Shown in pieces: positions 16,493 through 25,390 of a DNA stretch of 32,000 nt. The DNA comes from Geotalea uraniireducens Rf4 (GTDB lineage: Bacteria; Desulfobacterota; Desulfuromonadia; Geobacterales; Geobacteraceae). The position numbers and the translations under genes are program-made. The notes under the pieces were generated by a model. The model saw only the letters and a program-made list of their open reading frames with translations, made no database searches and was not told the origin of the DNA. Where the stretch lies: NCBI RefSeq assembly GCF_000016745.1, contig NC_009483.1:1080001-1112000 (forward strand), written 5' to 3'. The first letter of the stretch is position 1. Each line of letters opens with the position of its first letter.

Positions 16493-16541
16493 ATGCGCGG
16501 TTGCGGTTCTGGAGAAGCTTGAGGAGTAGCTTACTCATCTC

Positions 16542-17243
16542 TCACGATTTATGTCTGTCCACAAAGCTGGCCAGTGCCGCTTTGGATTCTTCGGTTATGG
16601 CGATGAATTCAACGCCGAATCCTTCTGGCAGGCTCAATTTATGCCGATCCGTCTTGGAGTTCGGCCAGGCAACCCGCCCTTTGGTATGGATGATCGCCCC
16701 GTTTTCTTCGGGCAGGGCAAAGACCAGGTCAATAACCGTATCCGTTTCCATTGCATAGTCAGTTGCTATATAAATGCCGAGGGCGCTCAGATTCGCGATC
16801 TCCCCCGAGAGGGATACGCCGAAGGCTCTGAACTTGACTTTGGCCCGGCAGTCAATCCTTCTGTCGCGCCGGTCTATTTCCGGCAGATAGGATCGGGCCA
16901 GCTCCAGATAGAGCTGACGGTCAAGGGGCTTGGTAAGGAAATTGTCGCAGCCGGCTTTAATGCAGAGCGACTTGTCATCTTCCTTCCCTGCCGAGGTCAT
17001 CATGATGACCGGTATCGACTTCAGGGTGGGGTCGGCTTTGATGGCTGCACAGCATTCTGCGCCGTTCATGTTGGGCATGTGCAGGTCCATGAAAATCAAA
17101 GCGGGGCGCTCGGCACGGCAGACTTTCAACGCTTCCACGCCGTCCCCGGCGGTCAGTATGGTGACAGACGATTGTTTCAGGAAGCCTTTCTGCAACTCCA
17201 CAAACATGTTGACGTCATCTACAAGCAGGATCTTAATCGGCAT
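16542..17243 (-). CDS. Response regulator receiver + PilZ domain protein
   Basis: I place the start at ATG 17243 (MPIKILLVDDVNMF). The receiver has DLHMPNMNG. The C-terminal PilZ signature is RRDRR...NLSALG. Confidence 0.8.
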   Translation of the reverse strand: MPIKILLVDDVNMFVELQKGFLKQSSVTILTAGDGVEALKVCRAERPALIFMDLHMPNMNGAECCAAIKADPTLKSIPVIMMTSAGKEDDKSLCIKAGCDNFLTKPLDRQLYLELARSYLPEIDRRDRRIDCRAKVKFRAFGVSLSGEIANLSALGIYIATDYAMETDTVIDLVFALPEENGAIIHTKGRVAWPNSKTDRHKLSLPEGFGVEFIAITEESKAALASFVDRHKS

Positions 17244-17308
17244 ACAATTCCCGTAGTTATTTATAGTGGCTGCCAGCACTGCCCGGTTAGCTTGTTGCGT
17301 CCGCACTT

Positions 17309-17392
17309 CCCCCCTCACCCTAGCCCTCTCCCACAAGGGGCGAGGGGACTTTAAAGCTCCCCTCCCTTGATGGGAGGGGTTAGGGGAGGGTG
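17309..17392. repeat. G/C-rich REP-like double-hairpin element, copy 1
   Basis: Sequence is CCCCCCTCACCCTAGCCCTCTCCCACAAGGGGCGAGGGG..AAGCTCCCCTCCCTTGATGGGAGGGGTTAGGGGAGGGTG. A near-identical copy lies at 28889-28972 in the same orientation. Confidence 0.8.
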
Positions 17393-17417
17393 CAACGTCT
17401 CGGCAGTTCTTCTTTTA

Positions 17418-18716
17418 TTAAGCCGTAACCAGCCGTTTGGCTATAACATCATGGTTGAGCCAGAGGACCGGGGCATCCTGCTTCCAGGAAAAGTCGTACA
17501 TCAGTCTCCCCACTGCTTTGAACACTTCCTGGGAAAGTACGGCGCAGACGATTTCCTTCGGGTTTTTGTTCATTGCCAGGAGCTCGGCAGAGCAGTTCAG
17601 CATGAAATCCTGCTGTTCCGGTCTGTTATGCTGGGGCCAGCCGGCAAAATCACGGAGCGCGACTGTAATAGGCGCAGACAGATAGTCGTTTGCCTTTGCG
17701 ATAAGCGTATCAATTGCAGTGCCGTCATTCGAGAGGGCCCGGCAGGATGCCTTGATTTCCTCGGCAAATGGGCCGTTCCCTTCTTTTTCCAGGGCTGCCA
17801 GCAAGGGGTAAAGTGAATTCTCCACGCCGAGGAACAGGGCGCTGGAGTTGGTCAGGATTTCCGGGCAGTTGAAAACTGTTGCCTTTATCCCCTCTGCCCA
17901 GGCGGTTGCGGCGACCTCTTCGAGACGGATCTTTGCCCACCCTTGCAGGTAGGGGGTGTAGGATTGCCAGGTGTAAGCGCCATTGATGAGAACTTCGCAG
18001 CCGTGGTAGCCGTAAGCCGTATAACGGGCGGAAACCTTGTCCCGCAGGGGGGCGGTGGCATCGATCAGGTAGCGGAAGGTGTCGGCGGTCACCTCGTCGA
18101 AGCTCACCTTGCAGAGCTTGCCCAGATCGGAATTCCAGAAGGTCTCCGAGGAGAGGAAGCGGTCTCCCTGTCCCTTGAAGACCCTGTTCAGGAGCGGCAT
18201 GAAGATACGGGCCCTGGGAATGCCGCCGGCCATGGTGTGGACAAACAGGACGTTTGCACCGGCGGGGAGCATCTTCCCCAGTTCGGTGACAACCAGGCCG
18301 AGGTTGGCACTGAAGCGTCTTGCTCCCTGCTGCCGTGTATGCTCAACGTCGTTCCAGTCGAATCGGACCTTGTCCCACTCGTCGGCCTTGACCCCCTTGA
18401 GCTGTTCAACTACTGAACGTCCGTCGCCCGCGCCGGGCTCCATGTCGAAACCGGCCTCCAGCGGGATGTTGATGATCTTCCCTCCCAGCGTTGCTTCGGC
18501 TTCTGCCAGTTCTTCCGTGGTCAGGGAGCGCAGCGTCCCGTCGGCGTCACGCCGCCCCACTGTTGTGCCGATAATGGTCATGCCGGCCCGGCGTGCTTCA
18601 TCGACAATGCCGTTGGCGTAGCCGCGGCCGAACAGCTCACCGCACAGAACCAGCACATCGTCTTTTTTGTATTCCGCCGCTGCAGGAAGTTGGCGCAGCG
18701 CATTGTAAGTGGTCAT
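17418..18716 (-). CDS. Conserved hypothetical protein; possibly a divergent FabV/trans-2-enoyl reductase-like fold
   Basis: 432-aa ORF with typical codon usage. The N-terminus VLVLCGELFGRGYANGIVDEARRAGMTIIG resembles a degenerate Rossmann beta-alpha-beta. YGYHGCEVL...YTPYLQGWAK gives a Y-X8-K spacing like the FabV active site as I recall it. No search was possible. Confidence 0.3.
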   Translation of the reverse strand: MTTYNALRQLPAAAEYKKDDVLVLCGELFGRGYANGIVDEARRAGMTIIGTTVGRRDADGTLRSLTTEELAEAEATLGGKIINIPLEAGFDMEPGAGDGRSVVEQLKGVKADEWDKVRFDWNDVEHTRQQGARRFSANLGLVVTELGKMLPAGANVLFVHTMAGGIPRARIFMPLLNRVFKGQGDRFLSSETFWNSDLGKLCKVSFDEVTADTFRYLIDATAPLRDKVSARYTAYGYHGCEVLINGAYTWQSYTPYLQGWAKIRLEEVAATAWAEGIKATVFNCPEILTNSSALFLGVENSLYPLLAALEKEGNGPFAEEIKASCRALSNDGTAIDTLIAKANDYLSAPITVALRDFAGWPQHNRPEQQDFMLNCSAELLAMNKNPKEIVCAVLSQEVFKAVGRLMYDFSWKQDAPVLWLNHDVIAKRLVTA

Positions 18717-18782
18717 GTTTTTTCCCTTTCATGTATGACAAATTGTAGGGGGGGGGCTGTCTGCCGCGCCACTACGTAATGA

Positions 18783-20132
18783 TCAATGATCGTCCCTTTT
18801 GCTCAGGTTCTCGAATCGCGTGTGTTCGCCGCGGAAGACCAGGTCGACGATGCCTATCGGGCCGTTCCTCTGCTTGCCGATGATGATCTCCGCCTTACCC
18901 TTCAGTTCTTCGTTTTCCTTGTCGTAAACCTCGGCGCGATAGACGAACATGATGACGTCCGCGTCCTGCTCAATGGCTCCCGATTCGCGGAGGTCGCTCA
19001 TCATCGGCCGCTTGTCGGTACGGCTTTCCAAGCCTCGGTTCAGCTGGGAAAGTGCGACCACCGGCACATTGAGCTCCTTGGCCAGGGCCTTGAGCGAGCG
19101 CGAGATCTCGGAAATTTCCTGTTGGCGTGATTCCGGGTTGGCTCCCCCCCGCATGAGCTGGAGGTAGTCGACGATGATCATGCCTATATCGTGCTCGGCC
19201 TTCATGCGCCGGCATTTGGCGCGCATCTCCAGTACCGAGATGGCCGGGGTGTCGTCGATGAAAATCTTCGCCTCATGCAGTTTGCCTGCGCCACGGGCCA
19301 GCTTTTCCCAGTCAGATTCGATGAGATGTCCGGTGCGGAGCCGGCTGGCGTCAATCCTTGCTTCGGAACAGAGGAGACGGGTCACCAGCGACTCCTTGCT
19401 CATCTCCAGGGAGAAGATGGCGACGGGGTACGGTTTGCCGGCATGAATGGCGGCGTTCTGGCCGATGTTGAGGGCGAAAGCGGTTTTCCCCATGGATGGC
19501 CGTCCGGCGACGATGATCAGGTCGCCTCCCTGGAAACCGGCGGTCATTTCGTCGAGATCGATGAAGCCGGTCGGCACGCCGGTGACATGCTCCTTCTTCT
19601 CATAGAGCAGCTCGATGTTCTTTATGGTGTCCTTGAGGATGGCGCCGACCGGGTAGAATGCGGGGCGCAGCTTGTTTTCCGATATCTCGAAGATCACCTT
19701 CTGGGCGTTGTCGAGCAGCTCCTCCACGTCCACCTGGTCTTCGAAGCCCTGGCTGACGATCTCGGTGGCGGCGCTGATCAGCTTGCGGGTAATCCCCTTT
19801 TCCTTGACGATCTTGCAGTAATAGACGATGTTGGCGGCCATCGGGACATAATCGACCAGGGTCGCCAGATAGGCTCCGCCTCCTACCTCTTCCAGTTCCC
19901 CCTTTTTCTTGAGGATCGAGGTGAGGGTGATGAGGTCACACGGCTCATTGCGGGTGTTGAGCTCGATCATGGCCCTCATGATCTTACGGTGCGTCTCCCG
20001 GTACATATCGTCCGGGGTGATGATCTCCAGTGCCCGGTTGATCGCCTCGTTATCCACGAGGATGCCGCCGAGGATCGACATTTCCGCTTCGATGCTCTGG
20101 GGTGGCAGTTTTCTTAAATCCGATGATGACAT
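18783..20132 (-). CDS. dnaB: Replicative DNA helicase DnaB
   Basis: 449 aa. The N-terminal domain is PPQSIEAEMSILGGIL. Walker A is GRPSMGKTAFALN. Also present are IIVDYLQLM and SQLNRGLESRTDKRPMMSDLRESGAIEQDAD. Confidence 0.95.
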   Translation of the reverse strand: MSSSDLRKLPPQSIEAEMSILGGILVDNEAINRALEIITPDDMYRETHRKIMRAMIELNTRNEPCDLITLTSILKKKGELEEVGGGAYLATLVDYVPMAANIVYYCKIVKEKGITRKLISAATEIVSQGFEDQVDVEELLDNAQKVIFEISENKLRPAFYPVGAILKDTIKNIELLYEKKEHVTGVPTGFIDLDEMTAGFQGGDLIIVAGRPSMGKTAFALNIGQNAAIHAGKPYPVAIFSLEMSKESLVTRLLCSEARIDASRLRTGHLIESDWEKLARGAGKLHEAKIFIDDTPAISVLEMRAKCRRMKAEHDIGMIIVDYLQLMRGGANPESRQQEISEISRSLKALAKELNVPVVALSQLNRGLESRTDKRPMMSDLRESGAIEQDADVIMFVYRAEVYDKENEELKGKAEIIIGKQRNGPIGIVDLVFRGEHTRFENLSKRDDH

Positions 20133-20256
20133 GTATTACTACCTGCAAAGTTGAGGGTTGATAAAGAAAGGGGATACTATAACCCGCCACTCTTTCCCGG
20201 TCAACATTTTTGGCTGGATGCGGCACGTGTCCCGGCAGGGTGGGAAGTACGCTGCA

Positions 20257-20991
20257 TCAGACCCCGATTTCCCGCAAAAAGGCGAGGGACTTGAGAGGAC
20301 GGCTTAGATGGCAGGAGATGGCGGCGTTCAGCAGTTCTCCCGCCTCTTCCAGTTCCGTGGGGGAAAAGCGGATCAGGCCGAATCGTCCGGTATCCATGGC
20401 CCGGTTCAGGAGCGCCACTGTTTGTGATGCAATCGGTCTTCCCGTTTTTCCGCATCTCCCGCAGAGGACACCGGCAGAGGAAGGCGACCAGCGGAGCACC
20501 AAGGCGCCGGCAAGGTCGGCATCGCAGGCGGCGCAACGACTCAAGGCGGGTTGATAGCCGACGACCTTCAGCAGGTTCGCTTCGAAAAAGCGTCGGTCCG
20601 ATGGGTCGTGCTGGAATTGGTCGAGATGATCCAGGTAAGCGGCGAGGAGCCGGAACAGGCGGTGGTTCTGCTCTGCCTCGGGAACGAGGCGTTCCACCAG
20701 CTCACAGGCATAGGCGGCGTGGCCGATCTTGACAAGGTCCTGGCGGATGTGGGGAAAGATGGTGACGATATCCGCCCCGTTCAGGGTTGAGAGTCCCACT
20801 TTCATGGCAAGGTGCAGGCGCAGGCGGGCAAAAGGTTCAAGGGCTCCGCCGAACCGTTTGCGGCTCTTTTTCGCGCTGCGGGCCAGCCCCTTGAGTTTGC
20901 CGTGCTCCAGGGTGAAGAGGGTAACGATCTTGTCCGCCTCGCCGTAGTCCATGACGCCGAGAACAATGGCTTCGCACTGTATGTTCTGCAT
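20257..20991 (-). CDS. recO: DNA repair protein RecO
   Basis: 244 aa. The N-terminal OB fold is [48 protein letters not shown]. The C-terminal zinc-type motif is CAACD...CGRCG. Confidence 0.88.
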
Positions 20992-21315
20992 GGCGCAAAA
21001 TTACCATTTGCCGTATCGGCAGTCAATCTTCCCCGATTTAGAAAACAATAATTATTCTTGCGCTTGACCGGCGTGCGCTCTTTGTGCTATTTGAAAAAGA
21101 CTTTCAATTTTAAAACAACTGCGGGGGTGGACTGTAGTAGTAAGACTCAGGCTTGTTCGCGTAAAAGCAGTGGTTTATTTATTGAATGAAAGTGGATATC
21201 AAAATCATACGACGGGAAAGGAGGCGGGTAAGTCGGTGTCGCAATCGGATTGGAAACCAATAGTGTCACATCCGGAGTTTCCGGATGGCCACTAACTAAA
21301 AAGGAGAGAAGGGCA

Positions 21316-22575
21316 ATGAAAAAGACTTTTGTTATTTGGGCGGCAATGACGATCCTCTGTTCCATGGCGGCAAAGGCGCGCGCAGCAACTGTTGAAGAGC
21401 TGCAGGCGCAGGTGGACGATTTGAGCAGCCAGGTCAAGGCGATCAAGTCGGCAACGGCGGATAAACCCGCGACGGACGGGAAAGCAGGCGATGGTTTTTT
21501 GAAAAAAGTCTGGGATAAAACCCGCTTTGGCGGCTATGGAGAGCTTGACTATATTTTTACGAAGGAAAACGGCAACGGCAAGGGGGGCAACACCTTTGAT
21601 CCGCACCGCATCGTCCTGTATGTCAACTCGGAATTGACAGACTGGGTAACGCTGAACACCGAACTGGAATGGGAACACGGCGGGGTGAAGGACGAATTGA
21701 ACGACGAAGGGGAGCTTTCCGGCGAGGTGAGAGTTGAACAGGCATTCCTTGAGTTCAAGTTGGCGCGACCATTCAACATCAAGACCGGGATTATGCTGGC
21801 GCCGGTCGGCGCCATCAATCTGTATCATGAACCGACCAATTTCAATTCCAGCGAGCGGCCGCAACTGGACCGTTTTCTCATCCCCTCCACCTGGTCTGAA
21901 ATGGGTGCAGGCATTTACGGCTCTCTGGGAGACAAGGTCGATTACCAGCTGCTGGTGATGAACGGTCTGGACGGCAGTAAATTTTCCGCCAAAAACGGCA
22001 TCAGGGGAGGGGTACAGAATTTCAACGTAGACATCAACAGGAACAAGGCCGTAACCGGCCGTCTGGAAATACGTCCCATAACCAATCTCTACACCAATTT
22101 TTCCTTTTATACGGGCAATTCCGCCAAGGTCGGCACGGCGTATACCACCGTTGCCGCTTTCGACGGGAAATACAGCGTCGGCGACTTTGACCTCGCCGGA
22201 GAATACGTGCATGTTTACCAGGATGACCCGAAAGCGCTCGGTGTCAACGATATCGGCCACAACATGTCAGGCTACTGGGTGGAAGGGGCCTATCACGTTA
22301 TGCCGAACGGGTTGAAGAAAGGTAAGTTGACAGATGCCGATGCACTGGTGTTTGCCCGTTATTCGGAATTCGACACCCAGCAGGGCGCCATTGCCGATCC
22401 GGGCACAGCCAGCGGCAGGTTCGAGCGCAACTACACCACCTTTGGCCTGGTCTTCAAGCCGACCACCACGGTCGCCATCAAGGCCGATTACCAGATTTAC
22501 GACGATCACCGCAAGATTGGTGAAAAGCCGCTGGATAACGACAAGTTCCAGATCACACTCGGCTTCGTATACTAG
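21316..22575 (+). CDS. Outer-membrane beta-barrel porin-like protein with an N-terminal coiled-coil segment
   Basis: I place the start at ATG 21316, which has SD AAGGAGAG at 21301-21308. Signal peptide is MKKTFVIWAAMTILCSMAAKARA. A short heptad-like segment follows (TVEELQAQVDDLSSQVKAIK). The rest is an alternating beta-strand pattern, ending in the aromatic terminus LGFVY typical of OMPs. Confidence 0.65.
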   Translation: MKKTFVIWAAMTILCSMAAKARAATVEELQAQVDDLSSQVKAIKSATADKPATDGKAGDGFLKKVWDKTRFGGYGELDYIFTKENGNGKGGNTFDPHRIVLYVNSELTDWVTLNTELEWEHGGVKDELNDEGELSGEVRVEQAFLEFKLARPFNIKTGIMLAPVGAINLYHEPTNFNSSERPQLDRFLIPSTWSEMGAGIYGSLGDKVDYQLLVMNGLDGSKFSAKNGIRGGVQNFNVDINRNKAVTGRLEIRPITNLYTNFSFYTGNSAKVGTAYTTVAAFDGKYSVGDFDLAGEYVHVYQDDPKALGVNDIGHNMSGYWVEGAYHVMPNGLKKGKLTDADALVFARYSEFDTQQGAIADPGTASGRFERNYTTFGLVFKPTTTVAIKADYQIYDDHRKIGEKPLDNDKFQITLGFVY

Positions 22576-22735
22576 GAGACTGTCGGACTTAGGAAAATCT
22601 ACTGCGAGAACGGAAAATCGGTCCATATTCCCGAAAATTTTCGACAAATAGGTCCACTATTCGCTCTCAAATTTCCGATAATCTGTCCTCGATTTGCCAT
22701 TTTCTCGTTACGATTCCCTAAGTCCGACAGGCTCC
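22575..22735. repeat. ~160-bp imperfect palindromic (MITE-like or structured-RNA) element
   Basis: Arms are GGAGACTGTCGGACTTAGGAAAATC (22575-22599) and GATTCCCTAAGTCCGACAGGCTCC (22712-22735). They are complementary apart from one substitution and a 1-nt indel, with a 14-bp perfect core CTGTCGGACTTAGG. Inner arms also pair partially. GGAAAATC-type motifs recur inside. Confidence 0.7.
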
Positions 22736-22742
22736 TGGACGG

Positions 22743-22775
22743 AAAAAGGGCGCCCGGCAAGCCGGGCGCCCTTGG
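22743..22775 (-). terminator. Rho-independent terminator between the convergent porin and TPR genes
   Basis: Hairpin is GGGCGCCCGG-CAAG-CCGGGCGCCC (22748-22771). The U-run (from AAAAA at 22743-22747) follows the hairpin on the minus strand. It mainly terminates the TPR/folA transcript. Confidence 0.75.
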
Positions 22776-22812
22776 TACATTCAACTGCCTTGTCCCTTCG
22801 TCCCTTTCCTGT

Positions 22813-23256
22813 CTATCGCAAGCCCAGCCGTGAAAGCAGCATACCGAGATACTTGTTCAGGGGGTGGTTTCTCTTCAGCGCGGGGAAGAGCGGAGGTTTT
22901 CTGTTGCCGTGGATCTCAAGTTCCTTGAGAATGTCCGGGTTATTATCAAACTGCATTCCTTTGCGCAAGATATCCAGGGCGCTTTCCTTGTCTCCCGCCA
23001 AGAGGTAGATCCTCCCCAGGTTCAAATACAAAGCGGAGTTTCCCGGCGCATCGTCAACCGCCTCTTTGGCCAGGGCGATCGCCTCGCTGAATTGGCCGCG
23101 CGTTTTTGCCCGGCATAAGGCGAGGTAGGAGCAGACCTCCGGGCACTTCTCCAGCTCCATCGCCTGCTCAAAGCAAGTGCGGGCAAGGTAGAGATGGTCG
23201 TGCCCGATAGATTCCAACCCTTTGGCGAATAATTCCCCTGCTTCTTTCGATAACAT
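22813..23256 (-). CDS. TPR-repeat protein
   Basis: 147 aa with SD GAGAGG. About three 34-residue TPR-like helix pairs are visible, for example AIALAKEAVDDAPGNSALYLNLGRIYLLAGDKESALDILRKGMQFDNN. Confidence 0.7.
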   Translation of the reverse strand: MLSKEAGELFAKGLESIGHDHLYLARTCFEQAMELEKCPEVCSYLALCRAKTRGQFSEAIALAKEAVDDAPGNSALYLNLGRIYLLAGDKESALDILRKGMQFDNNPDILKELEIHGNRKPPLFPALKRNHPLNKYLGMLLSRLGLR

Positions 23257-23320
23257 GGCGCAGTACCTCTCTGTTTAAGATCGGCTACGGCCATCTTTTC
23301 TTTAGCGATATTTTCAAAAA

Positions 23321-23812
23321 TCAGGCCGGCGATGCGGATGACGGCCTTTTGTCATAGAGGACAAAGCTGTACGGGATAGCATTCTCCACCGTCTCCCGCC
23401 CAACCTCGACGAACCGTTCCGGTATTTCGGGGAAACGGGTGTCCCCGTCAAACCGACTGTGGATGATGGTCAGATATATTCTGTCGGCAATGGGGAGCGC
23501 CTGGCGGTAAATTTCACCTCCGCCGCAGATGAAGATCTCATCGGTTTCTCCCGCCATTGCCAGGGCCGAAGCAAGATCGTGGGCGATGAAGCATCCTTCC
23601 GCCCGGTAATCCATCTGCCTGGTGATGATGATGTTCTTTCTCCCCGGAAGTGGTCCGGCCAGGCTCTCAAAGGTCTTTCGCCCCATGATCACCGGGTGGC
23701 CGAGGGTGAGTGCCCTGAACCGTTTCCGGTCTGCCGGGATGTCCCAGGGGATGGCGTTGTTTCGGCCGATCACCCTGTTTTCAGCCATGGCGGCGATGAG
23801 GGATATAACCAT
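23321..23812 (-). CDS. folA: Dihydrofolate reductase
   Basis: ISLIAAMAENRVIGRNNAIPWDIPADRKRFRALTLGHPVIMGRKTFESL is a classic DHFR N-terminus. I place the start at ATG 23812, one codon after GTG 23815, with SD AAGGA upstream. Confidence 0.9.
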   Translation of the reverse strand: MVISLIAAMAENRVIGRNNAIPWDIPADRKRFRALTLGHPVIMGRKTFESLAGPLPGRKNIIITRQMDYRAEGCFIAHDLASALAMAGETDEIFICGGGEIYRQALPIADRIYLTIIHSRFDGDTRFPEIPERFVEVGRETVENAIPYSFVLYDKRPSSASPA

Positions 23813-23840
23813 CACGTTGTCCTTTATGCAATCGGCTTCG

Positions 23841-25043
23841 TCAGTTCCTGCCCGAAAGCCGCATGAATTCCGCGCGTGACCGGGAAATGCAGTCTTCGAT
23901 GGCCAGGCCGAGGAAGTAATTGCCGGTCAAGAAGAGGGCCTTCCTATCGGTCAGCCGGTCGATTGCGGCGGTCAGTTTCTCGTGGCCGACCACCGGTGAT
24001 GGAAGCCGGCTTTCCCTGACGACAAATTGCGTCAGTTCCTGCTGCCCGATCTTCAGAACTTCGGAGATCCGCTTCAGCTTTTCATCGAGGCTCGCCACTC
24101 CTCCCTTGAAATGGAAGCTGAATCCCCGGTAGTTTGCATGGGGAACGGTGTCCCGTGATACCGCGGAATAAAAGATGTCGTTCGGTGCGATAATCCCGGC
24201 CAGAGGGGCAAGCTGAATCTTTTCCCTTTTCACTGCCACACCGACCGTTTCGATGGTCTCAACCTTTATTTGTCCGAGGAGCGCGGAAATATCGGGCAAC
24301 AACCCGCTCAGCAGCGAGGCCGCAGCAGGCGGCGGAACAGCCAGGCAAAGGTTTTTTGTCTCGTAGCTTTGGCCGCTCTCCGTTTTGATCTGGTAGGTGC
24401 CGTCGGAGAAATCTAAGGCGGGCACCGTCGTCCCGGTCACCACCTCTATGCCGGGCTCGCAGCTGAGCGCATCGGTGATCGTCTGGAGGCCGTTGACGAG
24501 GGTAAAGCTCTTCATGATGTCCTTGCGGCGCGGCCGCTTGTTGAAGAGCATCCCGGCCGGGAACTCGCCGGCCTTTTGAGAAAGAACCGCATTAAAAGCC
24601 GGCGCGAACACCCGCTCGTAGTTGCCCCGGCCAACGATCCGGGAGTAGTAGGAGGCGACGCTCTCTCCGTTTTTTTTCAGGGTGAAAAGTCGGGGGACTG
24701 ACAGGAGCAGCTCCGGAAAATTGAGTTGAGAGGGGATGGAACGAATCCGTCCATCCACCAGCATCCTGAAAGAGACTTTTTCCCTTTTCACGAGACGGTC
24801 CAGGAGCCCGTCTTCCTCCATGATGCCGATGAGGTTCCCGTAGGAGTTATAACAGGTGTGGGCGCCCAACTCCAGCCAGAAGCCGGCAGCATCCCCATCG
24901 AAGCGATGGGAGTGGAAACAGCCGCCGGTCCGCCCGCTCTTTTCGATGACCAATGTTTTTTGTCCTGCCCCGGCGCAGTAGTGGGCCAGGCTCAGGCCGC
25001 TGATGCCTGCGCCGATGATGATCGTGTCGTAGTGGTTTGGCAT
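23841..25043 (-). CDS. FAD-dependent oxidoreductase (amine oxidase / protoporphyrinogen oxidase-like)
   Basis: 400 aa with SD GAGGGGG. The N-terminal dinucleotide-binding motif is YDTIIIGAGISGLSLAHYCAGAGQKTLVIEKSGRTGG. Confidence 0.7.
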   Translation of the reverse strand: MPNHYDTIIIGAGISGLSLAHYCAGAGQKTLVIEKSGRTGGCFHSHRFDGDAAGFWLELGAHTCYNSYGNLIGIMEEDGLLDRLVKREKVSFRMLVDGRIRSIPSQLNFPELLLSVPRLFTLKKNGESVASYYSRIVGRGNYERVFAPAFNAVLSQKAGEFPAGMLFNKRPRRKDIMKSFTLVNGLQTITDALSCEPGIEVVTGTTVPALDFSDGTYQIKTESGQSYETKNLCLAVPPPAAASLLSGLLPDISALLGQIKVETIETVGVAVKREKIQLAPLAGIIAPNDIFYSAVSRDTVPHANYRGFSFHFKGGVASLDEKLKRISEVLKIGQQELTQFVVRESRLPSPVVGHEKLTAAIDRLTDRKALFLTGNYFLGLAIEDCISRSRAEFMRLSGRN

Positions 25044-25390
25044 TCCGCCCCCTCTTTTTTCGGCTGTTTGCAGCTCCTACCTTGATTTATACCATGCACG
25101 GGATGAAGGAGCAAATGCCGATTGCGATAATGCGGCATTTCTCCGGGAAGGATGCCCGCCGCTGCTCCAGACGCCCTGTTTCTGCCGCGTCTAAAGTTCA
25201 TTCCACTACAGCCGATAAACTCATTATGCGGAATATCGGCTGTGTACGCCCCATTTCGACAAGAGCGGAGTTGAGCCGCGCATAGTTGCTCTCTGCGGTC
25301 CCCTTCAACTGCCGATTTCAAGGCGATACCCTGTGCCGCACTTCGGGCGGGGAAACCGCGGTCGGCACAATAAAAGCGAAAGGTGAATGA

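Noticed and set aside
19191-20117. 308-aa plus-strand ORF, plus similar long antisense ORFs at 16551-17354, 21292-22260, 25562-26380, 12178-12801 and 15031-15558
   Set aside because: Each lies entirely antisense to a gene with strong motif support (dnaB, receiver-PilZ, porin, multiheme cytochrome, NHL, EBP). This is typical of high-GC shadow ORFs. None has a recognisable domain.
21001-21315. Possible riboswitch or leader RNA in the 324-bp recO-porin divergent region
   Set aside because: Only short hairpins are present (for example CCGGAGTTTCCGG). I could identify no match to any riboswitch core that I can recall.
25364-25377. Sigma-54-like element CGGCAC-AATAA-AAGCG just upstream of the multiheme cytochrome gene
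   Set aside because: The GG/GC spacing is correct. However, the predicted start site would fall at or beyond the SD and ATG (25391), leaving no leader. The -12 box is also poor (AAGC).
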